Of a stretch of DNA of 64,000 nucleotides, positions 56,729 to 64,000 are shown one piece after another. The position numbers were made by a program, and so were the translations under genes. The first letter of the stretch is position 1. The number at the start of each line of letters is the position of its first letter. Source of the stretch: Dongiaceae bacterium (GTDB lineage Bacteria > Verrucomicrobiota > Verrucomicrobiia > Limisphaerales > JAFMIX01); the NCBI GenBank assembly GCA_035492855.1, contig DATJIU010000312.1:2299-66298 (forward strand). The letters run 5' to 3'. The notes under the pieces were generated by a model that saw only the letters and a program-made list of their open reading frames with translations, ran no database searches and had not been told where the DNA came from.

Positions 56729-58272
56729 TCCGCACTCCGTATTCCGCACTCCGCACTTTTCCCGTCCCGGTCCAGCGTGTCGGCCGCAATCCAGCCACTC
56801 ATCAGCACCATGGGCATGCCCGGGCCGGGATGCGCCGCGCCGCCGGCCAGATACAGGCCCCGCAGGTCCGGCGAGCGGTTGCCGGGCTTGAACGCGCCGA
56901 GAAACCGGCCATGACTCGCCAGCCCGTAAATGGCACCATCGAGCACGTGATACCGCTCATGGATGTCCTGCGGCGTGAGGGCGCGTTCAAATACAATGCG
57001 CCGTTCGAGGTCCGGCATGCCGCCGGCGCGTTTCAATTTTTCGAGGATCACCCGGCGATAGGCAGGGAACATCTTCTTCCAGTCGTGATGCGGCCGCAGG
57101 TACGGCGTGTGGACCAGCACGTACAGGGCTTCGCCGCCGGGCGGGGCCACATCGGGTTCGGTGCTGGCGGGGGCGGCCAGATAGCAGGTGGGGTCGGGCG
57201 CCGGCTCGCCCTTCCGGTAAATCCAGTCGAACTCCTCGTGCGGATCGCGGCTGAAAACAAAATCGTGGTGGGCCAGATGCTCATAGCGCCGGTTCAGCCC
57301 CAGGTACAGGACCACGCCCGAACAGGCGGGCTCATACTTACGGCGGCGTTGAAACCGCTGCTTCACCGCGCCGTTTAGCAGCTCCTGGTGGGTGCGGATG
57401 GCATCGCAGTTGGACACCACCGCCGCGAGCGGAATTTCCGCGCCGGCTTCGGTGCGCACGCCGCTGACACCCTTGCCGCCGGTGAGAATCTGGCTGACGC
57501 CGGTGTGGAGCCGGAATTCCACGCCCAGTTCCCGCGCGAGCTTTTCCAGTGCCACCGGCACCGCCCGGGTGCCGCCGCGCGGATACCACACGCCCTCGTC
57601 GGTCTGCATGTGGGCAATGCCGCAGAGCACCGCCGGCGACCCGTAAGGCGACGACCCCACGTACTGGGTGAAATGGTCCATCATCTGCGCCACCCGCGCA
57701 TCGCGATGGCAGCCCCGCACCACGCCCGCCACCGTACGGCCCATTTTCATGTGGCTCACATCGCGCAACACCGCCGGCGAAAACGAGGCCTTGAAGTCAA
57801 ACATGTCGCGCAGGCCGCCGATGGGCTTGTAAAAAAAATAGCGCTGGGAGATATCGTTCAACTCCCGCGCCAGTTCGTGAAACCGCCGGTAGCCCGCGCC
57901 GGCGCCGGTATTCGGCGCAAACGCATCCAACTGCACCACCATTCGCTCCAAGTCCTGCTTGAGGTCCAGTTGTTTGCCGTCTTCAAAGAAGCAGCGCCAT
58001 TGCGGGTCCAGGCGGATAAGTTCCAGGTAATCCTCCAGCCGGCGGCCGGCCTCGGTGAAAATCCGCCGCAGCACCGAGGGGATCGTCACAATCGTGGGCC
58101 CCATGTCGAACCGGAAACCGCCGCCCGTCAGCACGGCCGCCTTGCCGCCGAGCCATTCGTTCCGTTCAAACAACACCACCTGATGCCCCCGCGCCGCGAG
58201 GGTGCAGGCCGCCGCCAGCCCGCCCAGACCGCCGCCGATAACTCCGATTTTGTCCGCCGTTTTAGTTTTCAT
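56725..58272 (-). CDS. Phytoene desaturase-family FAD oxidoreductase (CrtP/CrtNb-like candidate)
   Basis: IGVIGGGLGGLAAACTLAARGHQVVLFERNEWLGGK dinucleotide fold and C-terminal LYLAGGAAHPGPGMPMV. Start at MKTKTADK (58272). Confidence 0.8.
   Translation of the reverse strand: MKTKTADKIGVIGGGLGGLAAACTLAARGHQVVLFERNEWLGGKAAVLTGGGFRFDMGPTIVTIPSVLRRIFTEAGRRLEDYLELIRLDPQWRCFFEDGKQLDLKQDLERMVVQLDAFAPNTGAGAGYRRFHELARELNDISQRYFFYKPIGGLRDMFDFKASFSPAVLRDVSHMKMGRTVAGVVRGCHRDARVAQMMDHFTQYVGSSPYGSPAVLCGIAHMQTDEGVWYPRGGTRAVPVALEKLARELGVEFRLHTGVSQILTGGKGVSGVRTEAGAEIPLAAVVSNCDAIRTHQELLNGAVKQRFQRRRKYEPACSGVVLYLGLNRRYEHLAHHDFVFSRDPHEEFDWIYRKGEPAPDPTCYLAAPASTEPDVAPPGGEALYVLVHTPYLRPHHDWKKMFPAYRRVILEKLKRAGGMPDLERRIVFERALTPQDIHERYHVLDGAIYGLASHGRFLGAFKPGNRSPDLRGLYLAGGAAHPGPGMPMVLMSGWIAADTLDRDGKSAECGIRSAE
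56727..56758 (-). repeat. Dispersed repeat family F3 copy (tandem ttccgcactccg units on the plus strand)
   Basis: Its reverse complement aagtgcggagtgcggaatacggagtgcggaat is near-identical to 33136-33167. It encodes the last 10 aa of the upstream desaturase-family gene. Confidence 0.7.
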
Positions 58273-59744
58273 AAGGACTGCCGCCGGGAAATCAGCCCGC
58301 ATAGGGCGCGCCAGCGTTGCCGCCAGCTCCCACCGTGGGCCAGTTGAATAAAATTTTGAAACCGCGCCGCATCGGCTGGCCGGGGCGCGGAAAAATGCGG
58401 CCGCCACCGGCCGCCGCGCACCGTCACCACCTTGGGGACGGTCATTTCGCGTAGGCCCTCCGCGCCGCGGGTGACGCCAAAGCCGCTGTGCCGCCGGCCG
58501 CCAAACGGCAGGCGCGCATCCGCCGTGGGCACAATCAAATCGTTGATCACCACCCCGCCCACATGCAGTTGCGCTGCCAGTTGGCGGGCGCGGGGAACAT
58601 CGCGGCTGAAAATGGTGGCGCCGAGAGCATAGGGACAATCGTTCACCAACCGCACGGCGGCGGCATCATCAGTCACCGGCACCAGCGCCAGTACCGGCGC
58701 AAACAGGTCCGCCCGCAATAGATTGGAGGTGGTCGGCACGCTGGCCAGCACCAGCGGCCCGCTAATCTGAGCAGCAACGGCACCAGCCACCATTCGCGCC
58801 CCCACCGCCAAGGCTTCCCTGATTAACACCCGCACCTGGTCCGCTGCGACACCGGTAATTTCGCACTGGGGAATTTCTTGGATCGCCTGCAACAGCCGGC
58901 TTTCCAACTCGGAGGCCAGACCGGCGGGCACCAACACCCGGCGCGGTGCAATGCAGGTGGCGCCGCGATTGAGCCGCAGCCCAAACGCCAGCGCCCGGAC
59001 GGTCAGGTCCAAGTCGGCATCGGCGCGCACCACCACGGCGTCGCAACCGGAAAGTTCCATGGTGGCCGGCACCAGTTGATCCGCCAGGGCATGCAATACT
59101 TTGCGGCCGGTGGCTGCGGCGCCGGTGAGAAACACCTTGTCCACTCCCGCTGCAATGGCAGCGGTGACGGTGGCCGCAGGTTCCGGCAACACCGTGAACA
59201 CCCGGGGCGGCAGCCCGGCGAGCGCCAGCGCAGTCGCGAACGCTGTCGCCGCCGGGGTACCTCCCACGCCGGGTTTGAGCACCACGGCGTTTCCCGCTGC
59301 CAGGGCCTGCACCACCTGCACGCCCGCCAGAAACAGCGGGTAATTGGCCGGCGCCACAATCAACACCACGCCCAACGGTTCCCGATGAATGACGGACCGC
59401 ACCCCGGCCAGCCAGATGGCCCAGCCCGCCACGCCCACCCGTTGCGGGGCAAGAATTTTTTGCGCGCGTTGCTCCAGGAAACGGATGGCATCCAGCAGCG
59501 GCAACACTTCGGAGACCAATGCCTCCGCCACGGAACAGCCGCGGATGGCCGCCACGGTCTGCGCCAGTTCCGCGCATTGTTCTGCAAGCAGCCAACGCAA
59601 TTGCCGCAGCACTTGCAATCGCAGTCGCAATGCGGTCGCTGCCCAGGCAGGTTGAGCCAGCCGCGCCGCAACTGTCGGCCCCGGTTCCAGTGACAGGATA
59701 ACCGGTTTGGCGCGGTCAGGATTTGGAGACGATCCCGGGTTCAT
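58269..59744 (-). CDS. NAD(P)-dependent aldehyde dehydrogenase
   Basis: ALDH motifs MELSGCDA (catalytic Glu region) and NRGATCIAPRRV (catalytic Cys). Start at MNPGSS (59744). Confidence 0.8.
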   Translation of the reverse strand: MNPGSSPNPDRAKPVILSLEPGPTVAARLAQPAWAATALRLRLQVLRQLRWLLAEQCAELAQTVAAIRGCSVAEALVSEVLPLLDAIRFLEQRAQKILAPQRVGVAGWAIWLAGVRSVIHREPLGVVLIVAPANYPLFLAGVQVVQALAAGNAVVLKPGVGGTPAATAFATALALAGLPPRVFTVLPEPAATVTAAIAAGVDKVFLTGAAATGRKVLHALADQLVPATMELSGCDAVVVRADADLDLTVRALAFGLRLNRGATCIAPRRVLVPAGLASELESRLLQAIQEIPQCEITGVAADQVRVLIREALAVGARMVAGAVAAQISGPLVLASVPTTSNLLRADLFAPVLALVPVTDDAAAVRLVNDCPYALGATIFSRDVPRARQLAAQLHVGGVVINDLIVPTADARLPFGGRRHSGFGVTRGAEGLREMTVPKVVTVRGGRWRPHFSAPRPADAARFQNFIQLAHGGSWRQRWRALCGLISRRQSL

Positions 59745-59745
59745 T

Positions 59746-61284
59746 TCATGCGGGCGCGAGCTGGCATTGCGGTTCAGCGTGAGCCGGGCCGGGAACGGGC
59801 ACGCCCAAATCTTCCAGCAACAGCCGGGAGCTAATGCGCGCCGATTCAAAAATTACCGGCAAGCCGCTGCCCGGATGGGTGCCGCCGCCCACGAGGTAAA
59901 CGCGGTCCAGATCCTCGAACCGGTTCTGGGGACGCAGGTGCAGGAGCTGATCGAGGCTGTGCGCGAGGTTGAAGGTGGCGCCGCGATATATTTCATAGCG
60001 CGTGTCCCAATCCGCCGGCGTGATGACGCGTTCGTAGCAAATGCGGCCGGAGAGGTCACCGAATCCGGCCTTCGCAATCTGCCCGAGCAACTGGTCGCGA
60101 AACCGGTCTTTCTCCCGGGCCCAGTCCACGTTCGGGTGCTGGTGCGTGACCGGCGCGAGCACATACAGGGCGCTTTGCCCGCGCGGCGCGAGGCTGGGAT
60201 CCGTGACGCTCGCGTTCTGCACATAGAAAGAGGAATCGGCGGAGAGCACGTGACGGTTCTCGATGTCGTCCAGGTTCTGCGCGTAATTTTCAGCGATGTA
60301 AATGTTGTGGTGTGGCAGGTCGAACTGGCCGTCCACGCCGAGGTAGAGCATGAAGGTGGAGCAGGAATATTTTTTGCGCGCCAGTTTGGCATTCTTCCAG
60401 CGGCGCCGGATTTCATCCGGCACGAGCCGTTCCATGGCGCGGGCGAAATCGGCGTTCACCACCACGGCGTCGGCATGATGCAATCCGCCCGGCGTGCGCA
60501 CGCCCACGGCCCGGCGGCCGGCAAAGAGCAGTTCTGTCACGGGTTCATCCAGGCAAATTTCCACCCCCATTTCCGTGGCGATCCGTGCCATGGCCTGGCT
60601 GATGGCCCCGCATCCGCCCACGGGATGAAACACGCCGTACTCGTATTCCAGAAAAGACAGGATGGAGAACAGGCTCGGACACCGGAACGGTGACATGCCG
60701 AGATATTTGGACTGGAAGGAAAACGCCAGCCGGATGCGCGGGTCGGCAAAAAACTTTTTCAGGTAGGCATCCATCGAGAGATGGGGATTGAGGCGGGGCA
60801 GCAGTTTGAGCAGCCGCAGGTTCAAGACGTCCTGCCAGCCGAGAAACGGCTTTTCCAAACAGGGCTGAAACAGCGCGAGTTTTTCGCGGTTGTCCGCCAG
60901 GAAATTGCGGAATTGCAGTGCATCCGCTGGCGCAAGCGCACGGAGTTGCGCCTCCATGCGTTCCACGTTCGGCGTGCAATCCAGTTGCCCGCCTGCACCA
61001 AAAAGAATCCGATATTGCGGATCCAGCCGGATCAACTCCACCTCGTCACGCAACCGCCGTCCCGCGGCGGCGAAAATCTCCTCGAGCACGCGCGGGTAGA
61101 GGAAGAAGGTCGGGCCGAGGTCGAACTTGAAGCCCTCCGCCTCGATGGTGGAGGTGCGGCCGCCGACGTGCGGGAGGCGTTCGATAATTTTGACGCGCAC
61201 CCCGGCGGCGGCGAGTTGCAGGGCCGCCGCCAGCCCGCCTGGCCCGGCCCCAACAATGATGACCTGCTTGGAATTGGCATTCAT
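59746..61284 (-). CDS. Phytoene/diapophytoene desaturase (CrtI/CrtN family)
   Basis: VIIVGAGPGGLAAALQLAAAGVRVKIIERLPHVGGR...FDLGPTFF...LVGGGTHPGSGLPVI. Confidence 0.85.
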   Translation of the reverse strand: MNANSKQVIIVGAGPGGLAAALQLAAAGVRVKIIERLPHVGGRTSTIEAEGFKFDLGPTFFLYPRVLEEIFAAAGRRLRDEVELIRLDPQYRILFGAGGQLDCTPNVERMEAQLRALAPADALQFRNFLADNREKLALFQPCLEKPFLGWQDVLNLRLLKLLPRLNPHLSMDAYLKKFFADPRIRLAFSFQSKYLGMSPFRCPSLFSILSFLEYEYGVFHPVGGCGAISQAMARIATEMGVEICLDEPVTELLFAGRRAVGVRTPGGLHHADAVVVNADFARAMERLVPDEIRRRWKNAKLARKKYSCSTFMLYLGVDGQFDLPHHNIYIAENYAQNLDDIENRHVLSADSSFYVQNASVTDPSLAPRGQSALYVLAPVTHQHPNVDWAREKDRFRDQLLGQIAKAGFGDLSGRICYERVITPADWDTRYEIYRGATFNLAHSLDQLLHLRPQNRFEDLDRVYLVGGGTHPGSGLPVIFESARISSRLLLEDLGVPVPGPAHAEPQCQLAPA

Positions 61285-61288
61285 TCGA

Positions 61289-61417
61289 TGTCTATGTTTT
61301 GTCTCATTTTTTAAACAATGTCAATATTTTGTTTAATATCTAGATTTAGCACTTTTAAGGGATTTAGCGAATAAATCGCGGTTTTTTCTTGAGTATGTCT
61401 ATTTTTTGTCTATTTTT
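61289..61417 (+). promoter_or_regulatory. Divergent promoter region with three pairs of tandem 11-bp direct repeats (TGTCnAT-type), candidate CarH/LitR operators
   Basis: The pairs are TGTCTATGTTT|TGTCTCATTTT (61289-61310), TGTCAATATTT|TGTTTAATATC (61319-61340) and TGTCTATTTTT|TGTCTATTTTT (61396-61417). The middle pair overlaps a minus-strand TTGACA. Confidence 0.5.
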
Positions 61418-61423
61418 GATGAT

Positions 61424-62344
61424 GTGAGTCATCACTCCATTAAAGTGGTCGCCCAGCGGACCGGGTTGTCGTCCCACGTAATCCGGGCCTGGGAAAAGCG
61501 CTATGCCACCGTGAAGCCCGAGCGGACCGGCACCAACCGGCGGCTCTATTCGGACGAGGACATTGAGCGCCTGAACTTGCTGCGACATGCCACCCAGGCG
61601 GGGCATAGCATCAGCAACATCTCCAATCTCTCTATTGCGGAGTTGAAGGACCTCGTGGCCCAAGCCGGGAAAGAAGCTCCGCTGGCCCTGACCACCGCCA
61701 AAACTGAATCACCATTTGTGGCGGAATGCCTGGCAGCCGTGCGCGCGCTCGATACTGCGGCCCTGCATGAGATTCTGGGCCGCGCCACCGTGGTGCTGGG
61801 GAGTCATGGATTGCTGGAGACCGTGGTGGCCCCGCTCACGGAACAGGTGGGCAACTGCTGGCGCGATGGTGTCATCACCGCCGCGCATGAACATTTTGCC
61901 AGCAACGTGCTGCGGACTTTTCTGGGCGAGGCGGCCCGCCCGTTTGCACCCAACGGCCAGGCGCCCGGCCTGGTGGTTTGCACCCCGGTGGCGCAATTGC
62001 ATGAACTCGGCGCGGTAATGGTGGCGGCGGCGGCGAACGACCTGGGCTGGCGCGTTACATATCTGGGATGCAGCCTGCCGGCCGCGGAAATCGCCGGGGC
62101 AGCCATCCAAAATCGCGCCCGCGCCGTGGCATTGAGCATTGTGTATCCCGAGGATGACCCTGCGCTCCCGGGCGAGTTGGAGAAGCTGCGGCAATATCTC
62201 CCCGCCACCATCGCGATCATCGCCGGAGGCCGGGCAGCGGCGGCTTACCGCATCGCCCTCGCCAAGATTGGCGCCCGGCAAACCACCGACCTCCCCGATT
62301 TCTACGGCATCCTTGCCGAGTTGCGCCACCCTGTCGGCAAATGA
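61424..62344 (+). CDS. carH: MerR-family transcriptional regulator with C-terminal B12-binding domain (CarH/LitR-type photoreceptor)
   Basis: MerR HTH (IKVVAQRTGLSSHVIRAWEKRY...RRLYSDEDIERL). Wx9EH motif (WRDGVITAAHEH, 61859-61894). B12-binding HELG...ALSIV...IIAGG. The start is either GTG 61424 or TTG 61406. Confidence 0.8.
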   Translation: MSHHSIKVVAQRTGLSSHVIRAWEKRYATVKPERTGTNRRLYSDEDIERLNLLRHATQAGHSISNISNLSIAELKDLVAQAGKEAPLALTTAKTESPFVAECLAAVRALDTAALHEILGRATVVLGSHGLLETVVAPLTEQVGNCWRDGVITAAHEHFASNVLRTFLGEAARPFAPNGQAPGLVVCTPVAQLHELGAVMVAAAANDLGWRVTYLGCSLPAAEIAGAAIQNRARAVALSIVYPEDDPALPGELEKLRQYLPATIAIIAGGRAAAAYRIALAKIGARQTTDLPDFYGILAELRHPVGK

Positions 62345-62787
62345 CCCTCACGCAACTTCAAAGCGAACTGGTTTTGCCCCGGCCGGTGGGAGAGATTTTC
62401 CCCTTCTTTGCCGACGCCCGTAATTTGGAGCGGATCACGCCGGAGTGGCTGCAGTTTCATGTGCTCGCCGCCGGTCCCATCGTCATGCAACCGGGCACCC
62501 GGATTGATTATCAGCTGCGCGTCCACGGATTTCCGGTGCGCTGGCAGAGCGAGATTACGGCTTGGGAACCGCCGTACCGGTTTGTGGATGAACAACGCCG
62601 CGGGCCTTATCGGCTGTGGGTTCACGAACATACTTTTGAACCCCACGGAAATGACACGCTATGCCGCGACGTCGTACGTTATGCGGTTTGGGGCGGACGT
62701 CTGGTGGAACGGCTCTTTGTGCGGCGCGATGTGGAGCGCATCTTTGATTTTCGCGCCGCCAGGCTGCGGGAAATATTTGGGGGTTAG
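62341..62787 (+). CDS. SRPBCC (START/polyketide-cyclase-like) ligand-binding protein
   Basis: LPRPVGEIFPFFADARNLERITPEWL...GPYRLWVHEHTFEP pattern. Its ATGA overlaps the regulator stop. Confidence 0.7.
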   Translation: MTLTQLQSELVLPRPVGEIFPFFADARNLERITPEWLQFHVLAAGPIVMQPGTRIDYQLRVHGFPVRWQSEITAWEPPYRFVDEQRRGPYRLWVHEHTFEPHGNDTLCRDVVRYAVWGGRLVERLFVRRDVERIFDFRAARLREIFGG

Positions 62788-62993
62788 TATTTGGTTTTGA
62801 TGCCACACGCCCGAAGCGCGCACCAGCCGCGTGCCGCCTCAAACCAGGTGAAAGCCGCACCAATCCCGAGCAACACTCCGACCCACCAAATCCACTGTCC
62901 CGCCACAATGCCCGCGATGAAAAAAACGAGCCCGATCACCGCGCGAATGAGCCGGCCCCGGCCTTCGATGTTGGACTTGAAAAAACCTGCCAC
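62784..62993 (-). CDS. DUF2892 (YgaP-like) small membrane protein
   Basis: NIEGRGRLIRAVIGLVFF...GWCALRACG pattern. 69 aa, 2 TM helices. Confidence 0.65.
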   Translation of the reverse strand: MAGFFKSNIEGRGRLIRAVIGLVFFIAGIVAGQWIWWVGVLLGIGAAFTWFEAARGWCALRACGIKTKY

Positions 62994-63053
62994 GGCACGA
63001 CCCTAGCATGACCCGCAATCCGGTTCGATCATATTTTCGATGGGCAACTCGCC

Positions 63054-64000
63054 CTACTCCTGCGCCGGTTTCAGCGCCGGGTCGTCCAAGTCGAGGCGAT
63101 AGAGCATTTGGTTGTAATCGTAGCGCGGCGTGGGTTCGGGATGATCGGCAAACGTCTGCGAATAGGTGCCCTCAAAAATGAGCACCGGTGAATCCGGCGT
63201 GGTGAACTCGGGATGCACCTGCGGATTGTAGAATGTGTAGTTATCGTGACTCAGCACTTTCACCGCCCGGCCCCAAGGTCCGGTGGGTGTTTTGGCTTCG
63301 GCATACCAGACTTCGCCAAAGGCGGACGGCTTGCCAAACAATTCCGTGAAGACAGCCACCCACCGGTGACGAAACGCATTCCAGGCCATCGCGCCACTAT
63401 GCGGTTTGACCGTCGCCCCACTGGCGGCGGTCAGCGTTGCCGGCGGAGTTAACTGCTCCCAGTTCGTCGGATTCTGCCAGGCTTCAAACGTGGCCGGGCA
63501 GCGCAAGGTGGGAAAAGGATTGCCGAACATCACCCACTCCTTGCCGGCGTCATCCTTCCACAAAAACGCATGTCCTTCGGGCATGTGTGGTGGCTGCGGA
63601 GTGGCATCGGATTTGGTCCACATTACTTTGAGATTGTCAAACTCCGACCCGGAATCGTTCCAGACACACAGACCCCATTCGTAAGTGCTCATCACGGGTT
63701 GGATTTTCATGTAACAGCCAACCAGCCGCGGCTGGCCTTCATGGTCAGGCAAAGTAACACAGCCGGTGACCCACGTGGGGCCCTTGCCCGGCATGGGGGC
63801 AATGCCGCGAGGAGCGCCGGAAGCATTGGTGTAATAGTTCAACCGGATATTCAGCGGGGGCTGCAACTGGGTCAGCGGCTGAACCGCAGTGCTGGCACCG
63901 GTGCCGTCAAAAACCCCGAGCGGATAATGAGCAAAAGTGGTATCGCCCCACAGCCAGAAGAGCCGGCCCCGGTACACGGCGTTTTGCACGCTGTCGCAAC
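63054..64000 (-). CDS. Hypothetical protein, probably 5'-truncated by the window edge
   Basis: The ORF is open to the window end. RLFWLWGDTTF is reminiscent of DUF4185-type beta-propeller proteins, but that is a weak recollection. Confidence 0.5.
   Translation of the reverse strand, partial: CDSVQNAVYRGRLFWLWGDTTFAHYPLGVFDGTGASTAVQPLTQLQPPLNIRLNYYTNASGAPRGIAPMPGKGPTWVTGCVTLPDHEGQPRLVGCYMKIQPVMSTYEWGLCVWNDSGSEFDNLKVMWTKSDATPQPPHMPEGHAFLWKDDAGKEWVMFGNPFPTLRCPATFEAWQNPTNWEQLTPPATLTAASGATVKPHSGAMAWNAFRHRWVAVFTELFGKPSAFGEVWYAEAKTPTGPWGRAVKVLSHDNYTFYNPQVHPEFTTPDSPVLIFEGTYSQTFADHPEPTPRYDYNQMLYRLDLDDPALKPAQE

Noticed and set aside
61340-61395. ttagcac and cttgagt strings resembling half-sites of the CIRCE and HAIR heat-shock operators.
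   Set aside because: Only half-sites are present, with no inverted partner at the required spacing. The context favours the CarH-type direct repeats instead.

Overview
This is a GC-rich bacterial chromosomal segment. Gene content suggests a PVC-superphylum or Verrucomicrobia-like organism, but that is inference only. It is densely coding on both strands and is mostly housekeeping genes interleaved with envelope and accessory modules.

Recognisable content, in order:
- tRNA-Tyr, followed by small membrane/secreted ORFans
- a secreted GH51 arabinofuranosidase
- hsp20, next to a low-GC ORFan
- fba and an orphan pilC/gspF
- a porin and a Sel1-repeat protein
- tgt, pepC, proC, an AI-2E transporter, a HAD hydrolase, a LOG-family protein, prfA and rpmE
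- two tandem multihaem cytochrome c / cytochrome b fusion genes
- a GcvR-like ACT protein
- hpnJ-hpnH (hopanoid side-chain radical SAM enzymes) and ispE
- tatA and tatC
- a complete tolQ-tolR-tolA-tolB-pal cluster, interrupted by a four-helix-bundle gene
- a DUF2339/DUF3999 pair
- ltaE
- an NSS transporter with an unlisted 53-aa small subunit ORF
- a TPR/PMT-like membrane protein
- a five-gene translationally coupled carotenoid operon, divergent from a CarH/LitR-type B12 photoreceptor regulator whose intergenic region carries 11-bp direct repeats

The most interesting signals are:
- the CbcL-like cytochrome pair
- the light/B12-controlled apocarotenoid-glycolipid-like operon, including an unusual GT2 fusion
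- several families of short dispersed repeats and inverted repeats that bracket genes or pile up in a 0.8-kb non-coding stretch

No CRISPR array, transposase, integrase or rRNA was seen. Many very long ORFs antisense to real genes are treated as GC-driven artefacts.
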